64,000 bases of DNA, from contig CAVONQ010000005.1 in the NCBI GenBank assembly GCA_963697335.1, positions 101,338 through 165,337 on the forward strand. Reading direction: 5' to 3'. The notes under the pieces were generated by a model. That model searched no databases. It saw nothing but the letters and a program-made list of their open reading frames with translations, and was not told the origin of the DNA. Of this stretch, positions 39,037-49,946 are shown one piece after another (within the stretch, counting starts at the first letter, position 1; every line of letters starts with the position of its first letter). The DNA comes from an uncultured cyanobacterium. Its GTDB lineage: Bacteria > Cyanobacteriota > Cyanobacteriia > PCC-6307 > Cyanobiaceae. A program made the position numbers and the translations under genes.

Positions 39037-39122
39037 GCCGACCAATGTAAAGGCCATGGCCAGCCGTGCTGCCGGGGGCCCGGGGCCGGGAACCAGGGCA
39101 GACTGGGCACCATCTCGCACAG

Positions 39123-39989
39123 ATGCCCGGCGCCATGCCACCAGCCCCCCGATGGCAGGGTCCCTGGCTCGCCGTTGCTGCCGTGGCCCTCGCCGGCACG
39201 TCCCTGACGGCGGGCTGGTGGCTGGGGCAGCAGCGGGGCAGCAGTGGCCCCATCTCCTCAGCGTCGCGGCCGGGCCTGCAGCGCGAGGCCGCCCAGCTGC
39301 GGCGCCGCTTCGACAGCGGCCAGGCCAGCGATGGCGAGCAGCAACGCCTGCTGGAGTTGCTGGTGGCCCTCGACCGCCGCGCTGAGGCCACACCCCTGGT
39401 GGAGCGGCTGGCGGACCAGCAGCCCCAGCGCTGGTCCCTGAGGCTGCTGTTGGCTGAACTGCGCCGCGATCAGAACGACCGCGCCGGAGCCGAGCGGGAA
39501 CTGCGTCAGCTGCTGAACCAACGCCCCGATCAGGTGGAGGCCCTCCAGTTGATGGCCCTGATCCAGCTGGAAACGGGACGCGCCACCCAGGCCAGAAGCC
39601 AGCTTGAAGCGGCCCTGAAGCGGGCCAGCACGCCCACGCCCAAGGCCAGCGCCGTGCCGATTGGCCTGCTGCTGGCCAACGTGCTGCAACGCAGCGGCCA
39701 GAGTGGCCAGGCCGAAGCGGAGCTGATCAAGCTCTCCAGCGCGTTCCCGAAAGATCCGCGGCCCATGCTGGCTGTGGCCTTGATCCAGCAGGAGCGCGGC
39801 GACACCAAAGCTGCCCATGAGACCTTCGCCAAAGCCAGACAGCAGGGGGGGCAGGCGGAGGATTCCCGGCTGGACAGGGTGGCCGTCGCCTGGGGGCTGG
39901 AAGCACTCCAGGGCAAGGGACCGGCGCAGCCGCGCCCGGACCTCAAGGGGGGGGCAGCTGGGAGCCCGGCGACACGGACTGGGAATTGA
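39123..39989 (+). CDS. Tetratricopeptide repeat protein
   Basis: N-terminal TM helix followed by TPR-like helical repeats. Confidence 0.7.
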   Translation: MPGAMPPAPRWQGPWLAVAAVALAGTSLTAGWWLGQQRGSSGPISSASRPGLQREAAQLRRRFDSGQASDGEQQRLLELLVALDRRAEATPLVERLADQQPQRWSLRLLLAELRRDQNDRAGAERELRQLLNQRPDQVEALQLMALIQLETGRATQARSQLEAALKRASTPTPKASAVPIGLLLANVLQRSGQSGQAEAELIKLSSAFPKDPRPMLAVALIQQERGDTKAAHETFAKARQQGGQAEDSRLDRVAVAWGLEALQGKGPAQPRPDLKGGAAGSPATRTGN

Positions 39990-40296
39990 AATCCTGGAGC
40001 GCGGCGTCCACGGCATCCCCGGGCGGCGTGGCGTCGTCGAGTGCGGTAGCCCGCCGCAGCCTGTTCATCAGATCCATGGGGTTGGTGGCATCGAGGATGT
40101 TGCTGCCGCTGCTGCGGGGGGCGCCGGTGCCGAGGGGCTCGTCGTTGCTGTCCAGCGGACCGCCGAGGGTCTGGCCGTAGCCGGCTTGCTGGGCCCAGGC
40201 GGGGGGGGCCAGGCCAGCAGAGGCTCCCACCAGGGCCGCTGAGGCCGCCAACCCCAGGGCCAGGGATGCGGGGCGATTCAGAGCCATGGGAGCCAT
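39943..40296 (-). CDS. Conserved exported hypothetical protein
   Basis: Signal peptide; ILDATNPMDLMNRLRRATA.DDAT.P.DA.DAAL. Confidence 0.7.
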   Translation of the reverse strand: MAPMALNRPASLALGLAASAALVGASAGLAPPAWAQQAGYGQTLGGPLDSNDEPLGTGAPRSSGSNILDATNPMDLMNRLRRATALDDATPPGDAVDAALQDFNSQSVSPGSQLPPP

Positions 40297-40363
40297 GGGA
40301 AACGCTCGTGGAACCTATCGGGTGATGCTAAGGGGGTTCGACCCGCTCCTGAGCCGAGCCCCC

Positions 40364-41197
40364 ATGCGCATCGCCAGCTGGAACGTGAACTCAGTGCGGA
40401 CCCGCCTGGACCAGATCCGGGCCTGGCTGCAGCAGGAGCGTCCCGAGGTGCTGTGTCTGCAGGAGACCAAGGTGGCCGATGAGCTCTTCCCCCATCAAGC
40501 CTTCAGCGAGCTCGGCTATACCAGCGCCATCAGCGGCCAGAAGGCCTACAACGGCGTGGCCATCCTCAGCCTGCTGCCGCTCGAGGACGTGCAGATCGGC
40601 TTTGCGGCCCTGCTGCCGGGGGAGCCTGAAGCCGAGCGGCTCGGCGAGCAGAAGCGGGTGATCAGTGCCCTGGTGGAGGGGCTGCGGGTGCTCAACCTCT
40701 ACGTGCCCAATGGCAGTGCCCTCAGCAGCGACAAGTACCGCTACAAGCTGGACTGGCTGGACTGGCTGGGGCGCTATCTCGGCGTCCAGGCGCAGCAGGG
40801 CGACCCGCTCTGCATGGTGGGTGACTTCAACATCGGCCCCGAAGCCCGCGACCTGCACGATCCGAAGCGGCTCACGGGCGGAATCATGGCCAGCGAGGCC
40901 GAGCGGCAGGCCCTGGCTGCAGCGCTGGACAACCGGCTCAGCGATGCCTTCCGCCTGTTCGAGCCGGAGAGCGGGCACTGGAGCTGGTGGGACTACCGCA
41001 GCGGCGCCTGGGACCGGGACCGGGGCTGGCGCATCGATCACATCTATCTCTCGGAGGAGCTGGTGGCCTGCGCCACCGGCTGCCAGATCCACAAGCACAC
41101 CCGGGGCAACGAGCAACCCAGCGACCACGCGCCGGTGGTGGTGAACCTGGCCTGGCCGCCCCCGGAGGAGGACGACGGCGAGGCCGGGGAAGCCTGA
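40364..41197 (+). CDS. xthA: Exodeoxyribonuclease III
   Basis: SWNVNS, LQETK, YNGVA, GDFN, RIDH, SDH. Confidence 0.95.
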   Translation: MRIASWNVNSVRTRLDQIRAWLQQERPEVLCLQETKVADELFPHQAFSELGYTSAISGQKAYNGVAILSLLPLEDVQIGFAALLPGEPEAERLGEQKRVISALVEGLRVLNLYVPNGSALSSDKYRYKLDWLDWLGRYLGVQAQQGDPLCMVGDFNIGPEARDLHDPKRLTGGIMASEAERQALAAALDNRLSDAFRLFEPESGHWSWWDYRSGAWDRDRGWRIDHIYLSEELVACATGCQIHKHTRGNEQPSDHAPVVVNLAWPPPEEDDGEAGEA

Positions 41198-41265
41198 GTT
41201 CAGTAGCCTTCCGCCACGAATTTCTTCCATCCTTCATGGCACGGCATCAGGTCATCTCCAGGGGG

Positions 41266-42930
41266 ATGAAGCATTGCGGGAGGGTCTTGAGGGGACAGTT
41301 GATTGGCCTGGCTCTCCTGGCGGTCGCCGGTTCAGGGCTGCTCAGCCAACCCGCCAGGGCAGAGGAAACGCTCTCCTTCTCCTATGGGCCGCTGATCCGT
41401 TCGCTGAAGCTGAGCTCACTGGATGCCTTCGCCAAGGATGGAACGGTTGAAGAGGATCTCGCCTTTTTCCTGGCTGCGGTGAAGCCGGAGCAATACCCCC
41501 TGCTGCGCAAAGCCCTCACCACCAAGGCCGACGTCGACCCGCTGATCGTTTCACGATTCTTCAACACGGGAATCGGCGAAGACATTCTCGAGCGATTGGG
41601 CAAAGCGATCACATTGCTGCGCGGTGGAAACGGGAAACTGGCGCTGCGGGCCGCATTGGTCAATGCAGCCTTCTCCGAACAGGGGCTCAGCCTGCTGTCG
41701 GTGCTCGATCAACTTCCAACCAACATCCAGATCCATGGGGAAAAGGTGCTGGGGGCTGAAAAGGCCGCGGAGCGCGTGATCGCCGCCACGGAACGGCTGG
41801 ACACGGTGATGAAGACCCTCACGACCGCAGAGGCCGAAGGTCAGCCCGTGGAGGACTACGCCGCCATGGCCAATCCGCGCCAACCGGGTCCGTACACGGT
41901 CACCAAAGAGGTCTGGACCCTGACGGATAGCACGCGGGATCGTTCGTTCTACGTGGATGTCTACGCACCCGAGATCAAGGGATCAACAACGATTCCCGTG
42001 ATTTTGTTGTCCCATGGTTTGGGCTCCCGTCCGGAGGATTTCGCCGAGGTGATGCAGCAGATTGCCTCCCATGGCTATCTGATTGCCGCACCCCAACACC
42101 CAGGCAGCGATGCGATCTGGCTGAAGGAGATGCTGCGGGGCCTGCACAAAGACATCTTCGATGTCAACGACTTTGCGAACCGCCCCAAGGACATCAGCTT
42201 TGTGATCGATGAGCTGGGGCGCCGTAATGCAGACCAATTCAACGGCAGACTCAATCTTGAGAGAGTCGGTATCGCAGGACACTCCTTCGGCGGTTATACC
42301 GCGCTGGCCCTTGGTGGCGCCCAGGTTGATCTCGCCTACCTCAAGGAAGAGTGCGAACGCCCCTATGCGGCCCTGAATCTCTCACTGCTGCTGCAATGCC
42401 AGGCCCTGCGGCTGCCACCCCAGGACCTCACCAACCTCCAGGACGATCGCACCGCAGCGGTGTTCGCCGCCAACCCGGTGAATCGAAGCATCTTCGGCAA
42501 GGAGGGCATCGGCAAGCTCAAGGTGCCGGTGGTGATGGCCTCCGGAAGCTACGACCCGGCAACGCCGCCGGCCCTGGAGCAGGCTGCCTCCTTCACCTGG
42601 CTCACGGCCCCCGACAAATACTGGTTGATCGTGCAGGGCCAGGCCCATGTGAACTTCACCAAGATTGACCCGGGCATCCAGGACGCCATCCAGTCCATGA
42701 CGGATCTGACCCTGCCCAGCCAGGGCCTGATCGGCGGCTACTTCCAGGGGATGGCATTGTCCTTCTTCGAGGTGCATCTGCAGGGGAACGACAGCTACAA
42801 GCCCTACCTGCGTTCCTCCTATGCCGACTATCTCAGCCGGGATGAAAGGTTCAAGCTCTTCATGGTGAGCGGCGCCTCCTCAGAGAAACTCAGCGAGGCC
42901 ATCGAAGCGTTCCGCAAGGAGTATCCCTAG
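41266..42930 (+). CDS. DUF1400 plus alpha/beta hydrolase
   Basis: Signal peptide, SHGLG, HPGS, GHSFGG. Confidence 0.8.
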   Translation: MKHCGRVLRGQLIGLALLAVAGSGLLSQPARAEETLSFSYGPLIRSLKLSSLDAFAKDGTVEEDLAFFLAAVKPEQYPLLRKALTTKADVDPLIVSRFFNTGIGEDILERLGKAITLLRGGNGKLALRAALVNAAFSEQGLSLLSVLDQLPTNIQIHGEKVLGAEKAAERVIAATERLDTVMKTLTTAEAEGQPVEDYAAMANPRQPGPYTVTKEVWTLTDSTRDRSFYVDVYAPEIKGSTTIPVILLSHGLGSRPEDFAEVMQQIASHGYLIAAPQHPGSDAIWLKEMLRGLHKDIFDVNDFANRPKDISFVIDELGRRNADQFNGRLNLERVGIAGHSFGGYTALALGGAQVDLAYLKEECERPYAALNLSLLLQCQALRLPPQDLTNLQDDRTAAVFAANPVNRSIFGKEGIGKLKVPVVMASGSYDPATPPALEQAASFTWLTAPDKYWLIVQGQAHVNFTKIDPGIQDAIQSMTDLTLPSQGLIGGYFQGMALSFFEVHLQGNDSYKPYLRSSYADYLSRDERFKLFMVSGASSEKLSEAIEAFRKEYP

Positions 42931-42944
42931 GAAAGCCCAGCAGC

Positions 42945-44477
42945 TCAGAACACCACCGCTTCCACGGGCAAGCTGACCCCTTCCTGTTTGAGCACCTGCA
43001 CCCGGCGGGCTGATTCAGCGCAGGTGCGCGGGCTGGGGAAGATCTTGCCGGGGTTGGCCCTTCCCTCGGGATCGAAGCAGCGGCGCACCAACTGCATCGT
43101 GGCCAGGTCGTCTGGGCTGAACATCCAGCTGAGGTAGCAGCGCTTGTCGCTGCCCACACCGTGCTCACCGGTGATGCTGCCCCCCGCCTCCACGCAGAGG
43201 CGCAGGATCTCGGCCCCCAGCTCCTGCACCCGCTCGGCGATGCCCGGCTCAGCGGCCCGATAGAGGATCAGGGGGTGGAGATTGCCATCGCCGGCATGGA
43301 ACACATTGGCCACGGGCAGATCGAAACGCTCACTGAGCTCCTCGATCGCCGCCAGCACCCGGGGCAGGGCGCTGCGGGGCACCACTCCATCCTGGAGGTA
43401 GTAGCTGGGGAAGCGCCGGCCCAGGGCCGAGATCGCCGACTTGCGACCCTTCCAGAGCAGGGCCCGCTCCTCGGGATCCCAGGCCTCCCGCACCCGCCTG
43501 GCCCCCGCCTGGCGGCAGAGGGCGGTGGCCAGCTCGGCGGCGGCGGCCACCTCCCGCTGCTGGCCATCGAGCTCGATCAGCAGAACGGCGGCGGCGTCGC
43601 GGGGGTATTCGTCGTGGCCGAAGTAGTCATCCACCGCCTCGATCGTGAGGCGGTCCATCATTTCCATTCCCGCCGGCATCACCCCGGCCGCCGTCACCTG
43701 CCGCACGGCTTCCCCAGCGGCCTCCATGGAGGTGAAGTCGGCCAGCAGCACCGCCACGCTCTGGGGCGCCTGCAGCAGCCTCAGGGTGATGGCGGTGGCG
43801 ATGCCGAGGGTGCCCTCGCTGCCGATGAAGGCACCACGCAGATCGATCTCGGCCATCTCATCGAGCTGACCACCCAGGGTGGTGACGGTGCCATCCGGCA
43901 GCACCACTTCCAGGGCGAGCACGTGGTTGCTGGTGACGCCGTACTTGAGGCAATGGACGCCCCCCGAGTTCTCGGCCACGTTGCCGCCGATGCTGCAGGC
44001 CACCTGGCTGGAGGGATCAGGGGCGTAGTAGAAGCCGTCCCCGGCCACCGCCCGGGTCACCCAGCTGTTGATCACGCCGGGCTGCACCACCACCCGCCGG
44101 TTGGCGAGGTCGAGCTCGATCACCTTGCGCATGCGGCTGGTGGCCACCACCAGGGCCTCGGTTTCGGCCACGGCCCCACCGGAGAGGCCGGTGCCGCTGC
44201 CCCGTGCCACGAAGGGCACCCCCTCGCGGTGGCAGAGCGCCAGCACATCTGACACCTGCTGGGTGGTCTCGGGGAGCACCACCAGGGGCGGCTGGTGGCG
44301 GCTCAGGGTAAGGCCGTCGCAGTCGTAGGCGAGCAACTCCTGGGCCGCCGCCACCACGGCACGCGCAGGCAGCAGCCGGCGCAGCTGGCGCTCCAGCGCG
44401 GGCCAGTCGATGCGACTAGGCGCGGAGTTGGCCGTGCCGGGTGTCAGGGTGCCGGGTCTCAGGGTGCCGGAGCTCAC
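42945..44477 (-). CDS. glcD: Glycolate oxidase FAD subunit
   Basis: ARGSGTGLSGG, PDPSS, GSEGTLG, HAGDGNLH, GEHGVG, NPGK; start uncertain. Confidence 0.85.
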   Translation of the reverse strand: MSSGTLRPGTLTPGTANSAPSRIDWPALERQLRRLLPARAVVAAAQELLAYDCDGLTLSRHQPPLVVLPETTQQVSDVLALCHREGVPFVARGSGTGLSGGAVAETEALVVATSRMRKVIELDLANRRVVVQPGVINSWVTRAVAGDGFYYAPDPSSQVACSIGGNVAENSGGVHCLKYGVTSNHVLALEVVLPDGTVTTLGGQLDEMAEIDLRGAFIGSEGTLGIATAITLRLLQAPQSVAVLLADFTSMEAAGEAVRQVTAAGVMPAGMEMMDRLTIEAVDDYFGHDEYPRDAAAVLLIELDGQQREVAAAAELATALCRQAGARRVREAWDPEERALLWKGRKSAISALGRRFPSYYLQDGVVPRSALPRVLAAIEELSERFDLPVANVFHAGDGNLHPLILYRAAEPGIAERVQELGAEILRLCVEAGGSITGEHGVGSDKRCYLSWMFSPDDLATMQLVRRCFDPEGRANPGKIFPSPRTCAESARRVQVLKQEGVSLPVEAVVF

Positions 44478-44682
44478 GGTGCCGGAAGATTCACAGGGCT
44501 GGAAGCCTTCCAGGGCCGGTTGAACGTGACTCGAAGCTACCCACAAACCGATCGGCCGGGTCTTGGGCCAGGATGGGAAGAGGTCGTTCCGTAATGCTCC
44601 ACCGTTACGGCGCAATGCACCGGGCCCTACCCGGCGGTTGCCCCCCGGCCCCCGACTCCCTTCACCCCCCGCGGAATCCGCT

Positions 44683-45999
44683 TTGACCTCGGCTCCCGTA
44701 TCGGCACCCGCCCTGAACACCGCCCGCTCCCAGGAGATCTTCGGTGCCGCCCAGGCCCTGATGCCCGGTGGTGTGAGTTCGCCGGTGCGGGCGTTCCGTT
44801 CCGTGGGGGGCAATCCGATCGTGTTCGACCGGGTGAAGGGGGCCTACGCCTGGGACGTGGATGGCAACCGCTTCATCGACTACATCGGCAGCTGGGGACC
44901 GGCCATCTGCGGCCATGCCCACCCCGAGGTGATCGCGGCCCTGCACAGCGCCCTCGACAAGGGCACCAGTTTTGGCGCTCCCTGTGAACTGGAGAACGAG
45001 CTGGCCCAGCGGGTGATCGAGGCCGTGCCCTCCGTGGAGATGGTGCGCTTCGTGAACAGCGGCACCGAGGCCTGCATGTCCGTGCTCCGCCTGATGCGCG
45101 CCTTCACGGGCCGCGAGAAGGTGATCAAGTTCGAGGGCTGCTACCACGGCCACGCCGACATGTTTCTGGTCAAGGCCGGTTCCGGCGTGGCCACCCTTGG
45201 CCTGCCGGATTCGCCGGGGGTGCCCCGGGCCACCACCGCCAGCACCCTCACCGCCCCCTACAACGACCTGGAGGCGGTCAAGCAGCTGTTCGCCGAAAAC
45301 CCCGGCGAAATCTCCGGCGTGATCCTCGAACCGGTGGTGGGCAATGCCGGCTTCATCCCGCCGGTACCCGGCTTCCTGGAGGGGATCCGCGAGCTCACCA
45401 AGGAGAACGGTGCCCTGCTGGTGTTCGACGAGGTGATGACCGGCTTCCGCATCAGCTACGGCGGCGCCCAGGCCCGCTTCGGGGTGACCCCCGACCTCAC
45501 CACCATGGGCAAGGTGATCGGCGGCGGCCTGCCGGTGGGGGCCTACGGCGGCAGGGCTGACATCATGGCGATGGTGGCCCCGGCGGGGCCGATGTATCAG
45601 GCGGGCACCCTCAGCGGCAACCCCCTGGCCATGACCGCCGGCATCAAGACCCTGGATCTGCTGCGCCAGCCGGGCACCTACGAGCGGCTGGAAGCCACCA
45701 CCCAGCGGCTGATCAAGGGCATTCTCGAGGCCGGCAAAGCGGCGGGCCTGCCGATCTGCGGCGGCTCGATCAGCGCCATGTTCGGCTTCTTCCTCTGCGA
45801 TGGGCCGGTGCGCAACTTCGAGGAGGCCAAGGCCGCCGATGCGGCCCGCTTCGGCAAGCTGCACCGGGCCATGCTCGAGCGCGGCGTGTATCTCGCCCCC
45901 AGCGCCTTCGAGGCCGGCTTCACATCCCTGGCCCACAGCGACGCCGACATCGACGCCACGATCGCGGCGTTCCAGGAGAGCTTCGCCGCCGTGGCCTGA
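44683..45999 (+). CDS. hemL: Glutamate-1-semialdehyde 2,1-aminomutase
   Basis: [36 protein letters not shown] start inferred. Confidence 0.95.
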   Translation: MTSAPVSAPALNTARSQEIFGAAQALMPGGVSSPVRAFRSVGGNPIVFDRVKGAYAWDVDGNRFIDYIGSWGPAICGHAHPEVIAALHSALDKGTSFGAPCELENELAQRVIEAVPSVEMVRFVNSGTEACMSVLRLMRAFTGREKVIKFEGCYHGHADMFLVKAGSGVATLGLPDSPGVPRATTASTLTAPYNDLEAVKQLFAENPGEISGVILEPVVGNAGFIPPVPGFLEGIRELTKENGALLVFDEVMTGFRISYGGAQARFGVTPDLTTMGKVIGGGLPVGAYGGRADIMAMVAPAGPMYQAGTLSGNPLAMTAGIKTLDLLRQPGTYERLEATTQRLIKGILEAGKAAGLPICGGSISAMFGFFLCDGPVRNFEEAKAADAARFGKLHRAMLERGVYLAPSAFEAGFTSLAHSDADIDATIAAFQESFAAVA

Positions 46000-46031
46000 G
46001 CCCCCTGCCCGGTCCCTGAGCCGCCGCCGCC

Positions 46032-47297
46032 ATGGACGCCGCACCTGAGCCCCCCAGCCGGGGAGGCCTGCCCGACGCGATCGGGCCCGGCATCCTGCTG
46101 GCCGGGGCCGCCATCGGCGGCTCCCATCTGGTGGCCTCCACCCAGGCCGGCGCCCGCTACGGCCTCGGCCTGCTGGCGTTGGTGCTACTGGCCAACCTGT
46201 TCAAGTACCCGTTCCTGCTGGTGGGCAGCCGCTTCACGGCGGTCACCGGCCTGAGCCTGCTGGAGGGCTACCAGCGCCAGCGTGGCTGGTATCTGCCGGT
46301 GTACCTGCTGATCACCTTCACCACGGGGGTGGCCAACATCGCCGCGGTCACCGCCGTGGCTGGCAGCCTGGCCACCGCCTTCCTGCCGGGGGCGCCGAAC
46401 CTTCTGGCCCTGGGGCTGTTGAGCCTCTGCCTGCTGCTGCTGCTGCTCGGCCACTACCGCAGCCTCGATCGGCTCAGCAAGCTGATCGTGGCGGTGCTGG
46501 TGCTGAGCACGGTGCTGGCCACCGCCGCCATGCTGCTGCAGGGGCCGGTGGCGGCCGACCCGCAGTGGTTCAGCCCCAGCCCCTGGACCCTGGCGGCCCT
46601 GCCGTTCCTGGTGGCCTTGATGGGCTGGATGCCGTGCCCTCTGGATCTGGCCGCCTGGTCGTCGCTGTGGATCCACGCCCGCCAGGAGGATTCGGGCCAC
46701 CGCGGCAGCCGCGCCGAGGTGGAGGCTGACTTCAACATCGGCTACAGCATCACCGTGGTGATGGCGGTGCTGTTTCTGCTGCTGGGCGCCTGGGTGATGC
46801 ACGGCAGCGGCAGGAGCTTCTCCCCCGCCGGCGGCGCCTTCGCCCAGCAACTGATCGGCCTCTACACGGCCAGCCTGGGCAGCTGGGCCAAGCCGCTGAT
46901 CGCCGCGGCCGCCTTCACCACCATGTTCAGCACCAGCATCACCTGCCTGGACGGCTACCCGCGGGCGGCCTCGGCCGGCGTGCGGCTGCTGCGGGGCTTT
47001 TCAGGCGAGGCGGTGCATGACCGTCGCGATCACCAGTTGTGGATGGGCCTGCACTTCGTGCTGGCCGCCGCCGTGCTCGGCCGCTGGCCGGGCTCGATGG
47101 GCGCCCTGGTGCAGCTGGCGATGGTGGTGTCATTCCTGACGACGCCCGTGCTGGCCTGGATGAACCTGCGGGTGATCCAGGGCCGCCAGATGGCCCCGGC
47201 CGACCGGCTGGGGCCAGGCCTTCTCTGGGTGGCCCGGCTGGGGCTGGTGGTGCTGAGCCTGTTCGTGGTGCTGTTTGGCCTCAGCCTGCGAGGGTGA
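46032..47297 (+). CDS. NRAMP-like divalent metal transporter
   Basis: GPGILLAGAAIGGSHLVASTQAGA, MGWMP, DGY.R. Confidence 0.75.
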   Translation: MDAAPEPPSRGGLPDAIGPGILLAGAAIGGSHLVASTQAGARYGLGLLALVLLANLFKYPFLLVGSRFTAVTGLSLLEGYQRQRGWYLPVYLLITFTTGVANIAAVTAVAGSLATAFLPGAPNLLALGLLSLCLLLLLLGHYRSLDRLSKLIVAVLVLSTVLATAAMLLQGPVAADPQWFSPSPWTLAALPFLVALMGWMPCPLDLAAWSSLWIHARQEDSGHRGSRAEVEADFNIGYSITVVMAVLFLLLGAWVMHGSGRSFSPAGGAFAQQLIGLYTASLGSWAKPLIAAAAFTTMFSTSITCLDGYPRAASAGVRLLRGFSGEAVHDRRDHQLWMGLHFVLAAAVLGRWPGSMGALVQLAMVVSFLTTPVLAWMNLRVIQGRQMAPADRLGPGLLWVARLGLVVLSLFVVLFGLSLRG

Positions 47298-47459
47298 TTC
47301 ACGCAGCCACGGATGATCAGTGCCCGCAGGTTGTCAGCTACCGGGAGATCTGCCGGTGCAGCTGATCAGGCTCTGGTATGGAATCCCTGAGCCACGATCG
47401 TTTCTGGCATCAACTCCGTAGCGAAGCGCTTCGGAGCCTGGTGCCGCCGGGGCCCATCT

Positions 47460-47723
47460 TCACCCCTTGCCTTCGGCCTCCTCGGCGCCGAAACAGTGGA
47501 TCAGGGCGTCGGCCCAGCTGTTGATCCCAGTCAGGGCATGGTCCGGCGCGGCGGTGATGGCGCGGGCATGCTCCCGCAGCAGCACCGTCTTGTCCACGGC
47601 ATGGCCGTGGGCGGCGGCGATCGACACGAGGTCATCGACACCGGCAGCGGCATGCACCTGGCCGCGCAGATCCTCATCGGTGGCGATGCTGGCGCAGAAG
47701 GCTTTCAGGGACGCAACGGACAT
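47460..47723 (-). CDS. Nif11-like domain protein
   Basis: MS...LKAF...I..D..LR.QV.AA...DD.V.IA...G pattern. Confidence 0.7.
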   Translation of the reverse strand: MSVASLKAFCASIATDEDLRGQVHAAAGVDDLVSIAAAHGHAVDKTVLLREHARAITAAPDHALTGINSWADALIHCFGAEEAEGKG

Positions 47724-47794
47724 GGACTCGGACGTTGGAGAACACCCTTCGTAGCAGGCCAGGGGAGAAGCGGAAGACGGCGATGACACGCCCC

Positions 47795-49315
47795 TCACCC
47801 CAACACCCCCTGCACCTCCCCCGCCACCCGCAGGGCGTTGGCGATCACGGTGAGGCCGGGGCCCACCGCCGGGCAGCTGGGGAACACGCTGGCGTCGGCG
47901 ATCCAGAGATTCTGCAGCTCATGGCAGCGGCCCTCCAGGTTCACCACCGACGCGGCCGGATCGCTGCCCATGCGGCAGGTGCCGCAGGCCAGGCCCATCA
48001 CGCTCAGGGGGGCCTCGCCGCGGGGGTAGATCGGCGCCCGTTGCACCACGGTGGTGGCGGGGTCGGCTTCGGTTTTCTGGATGGTGTCGAGCCAGCGGTA
48101 CACGAGACGGTCGTGGGCTTCGCGGTTGTTGGCGATGTAGGCCACGTCGATGCGATCGCCCCGCACCGTGATGCGGTTCTCGGGGTCGGGCAGCACCGCC
48201 GTGGTGGCCCACCAGGTGATCGAGCGGTCGGCCAGCCACTCCAGGGCACGATCGGGCAGCAGCCGGCTCACGAGCGACAGCAGCGGCGGCGATTCGGCGA
48301 ACAGCGGATCCTGCAGGACGCCGCCGCCGCTGCGGATCGAGCCGAGGGCGTAGGTCACGTTCTTGTCGCCCCAATAGAACTCGGTGAGGCCCAGGGCTGG
48401 CGAGTAGCGCCCTGAGTTGGGGCTGCTGGCCCGTTGCAGCAGGGCCGTGAGCTGGGGTTTCATCAGGTTGCGGCCCACCTGATCGGAACCATTGGCCAGG
48501 CCGCGGGGATGCCGCTCACTGGCCGAGCGCAGCAGGATCGCCGCGGTGTTCACCGCCCCCGCCGCCAGCACCACCTGGTGTCCCCGGAAGAGCCAGCGGT
48601 CGTCGCCGAGGCTCGCCTCCACCCCCTTCACCTCGCGGCCGGAGGGGTCGACGTGCAGTGCCTCCACCACCGCGCCACTGCGCAGGGTGACGGGCGTGGC
48701 CGCGGCCAGGGCCTGCTCCACCCCATAGAGCTCCGCATCGCCGGTGGGATCGTCGGCGCTCTCGCTCCAGCTCAGCGGCAGGTGGTAGGGCCGCAGCCCC
48801 TGACGGGCCAGGTCGTGGCGCAGCTGCTCAAGCTGGGGCTCCATCGGCCGGGGAGCATGGGGGTAGGCGCCCGAGCGCGGCGGCGCCGTGGGGTCTTCAC
48901 CGGCCTGGCCGTGCACCCGGTAGAGCGCCTCGGCCCGGTCATACCAGGGGGCCAGGTCGCCGTAGCGCAGGCCCCAGTCGGGCGAGCGGCCCTCCTGCAT
49001 CGCCACCCCCTCGAATTCCGCCTCCCGCAGCCGCTCCAGCACCGCCGCCCAGATCTTGGTGTTGCCGCCGAGGGCATACACCATCTGCGGCTTGAAGGGA
49101 TCGCCGTCGCTGCCGAACCAGGGTTGCTCCGGGTGGTAACGCTGCTTGCGGAACAGGTCCACATCGGCCACGTTCTGATCCACCAGGGGCAGCTGCCCGC
49201 CGCGCTCGAGCAGCAGCACCCTGCGGCCCGCCTGGGCCAGGTCGGCCGCCAGGGTGGCGCCGGCGGCACCGCTGCCGATCACCACCACGTCGTAGAGGGT
49301 GTCGTCAATGATCAT
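47795..49315 (-). CDS. GMC family oxidoreductase
   Basis: GSGAAG, LGGNTK, LAAGAVNT, VGRNLM, GTCRMG, DASVFPS. Confidence 0.85.
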   Translation of the reverse strand: MIIDDTLYDVVVIGSGAAGATLAADLAQAGRRVLLLERGGQLPLVDQNVADVDLFRKQRYHPEQPWFGSDGDPFKPQMVYALGGNTKIWAAVLERLREAEFEGVAMQEGRSPDWGLRYGDLAPWYDRAEALYRVHGQAGEDPTAPPRSGAYPHAPRPMEPQLEQLRHDLARQGLRPYHLPLSWSESADDPTGDAELYGVEQALAAATPVTLRSGAVVEALHVDPSGREVKGVEASLGDDRWLFRGHQVVLAAGAVNTAAILLRSASERHPRGLANGSDQVGRNLMKPQLTALLQRASSPNSGRYSPALGLTEFYWGDKNVTYALGSIRSGGGVLQDPLFAESPPLLSLVSRLLPDRALEWLADRSITWWATTAVLPDPENRITVRGDRIDVAYIANNREAHDRLVYRWLDTIQKTEADPATTVVQRAPIYPRGEAPLSVMGLACGTCRMGSDPAASVVNLEGRCHELQNLWIADASVFPSCPAVGPGLTVIANALRVAGEVQGVLG

Positions 49316-49328
49316 CCGGGTCGCCTCC

Positions 49329-49946
49329 TCAGCGCTGCCACACGTAAATCAGCAGGAACAGCACCACCCAGATCACATCCACGAAGTGCCAGAACAGCGA
49401 CACCGCTGTCACCCCCACCGAGCCGCGCTCGTAGTTGCCCGCCCGGAAGGAGCGGGCCAGCATCAGCCCCATCAGCAGCACGCCCGTGAGCACGTGCAGG
49501 CCATGGAAGCCGGTGAGCAGGTAAAAGCTGGCGCCATACACACCCGTGCCCAGCCCGAAGGGCAGCGCTGCCCACTCCAGCCCCTGCCCCACCAGGAACA
49601 CCGCCCCCATGGCCATGGTGAGCAGCCACCAGGCGCGGAACTCCCGCAGCCGGCCCCGGTGCAGGGCCCGTTCCGCCAAATAGATCACGCCGCTGCTGCT
49701 CACCAGCACCACGGTGAAGCGCAGCGGCATGGCCACCTCCAGCCCCTCCACCCCGGGCGGCAGCCAGAGGGGTGAGGAGGTTTTGTAGATGGCATAGCCG
49801 GCGAACAGCGCCAGGAAGATCACGCTCTCCGAGAGCAGGAAGATCACGAAGCCCGTGAGGGTGTGATCGCCGTGGGCGCCATGGCTCGCCGTGGGCCAGC
49901 TCGCTGGGACGGTTAGGTCGGCCGGGGTGGGCGTGGTGGTGGTCAT
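49329..49946 (-). CDS. ctaE: Heme-copper oxidase subunit III (ARTO type)
   Basis: FLLSES, LTGFHGLHV, FWHFVDVIW; in frame with subunit I in this assembly. Confidence 0.85.
   Translation of the reverse strand: MTTTTPTPADLTVPASWPTASHGAHGDHTLTGFVIFLLSESVIFLALFAGYAIYKTSSPLWLPPGVEGLEVAMPLRFTVVLVSSSGVIYLAERALHRGRLREFRAWWLLTMAMGAVFLVGQGLEWAALPFGLGTGVYGASFYLLTGFHGLHVLTGVLLMGLMLARSFRAGNYERGSVGVTAVSLFWHFVDVIWVVLFLLIYVWQR

Noticed and set aside
47460..47723. Prochlorosin-type lanthipeptide precursor
   Set aside because: No double-Gly site, no Cys/Ser/Thr-rich core, no LanM nearby
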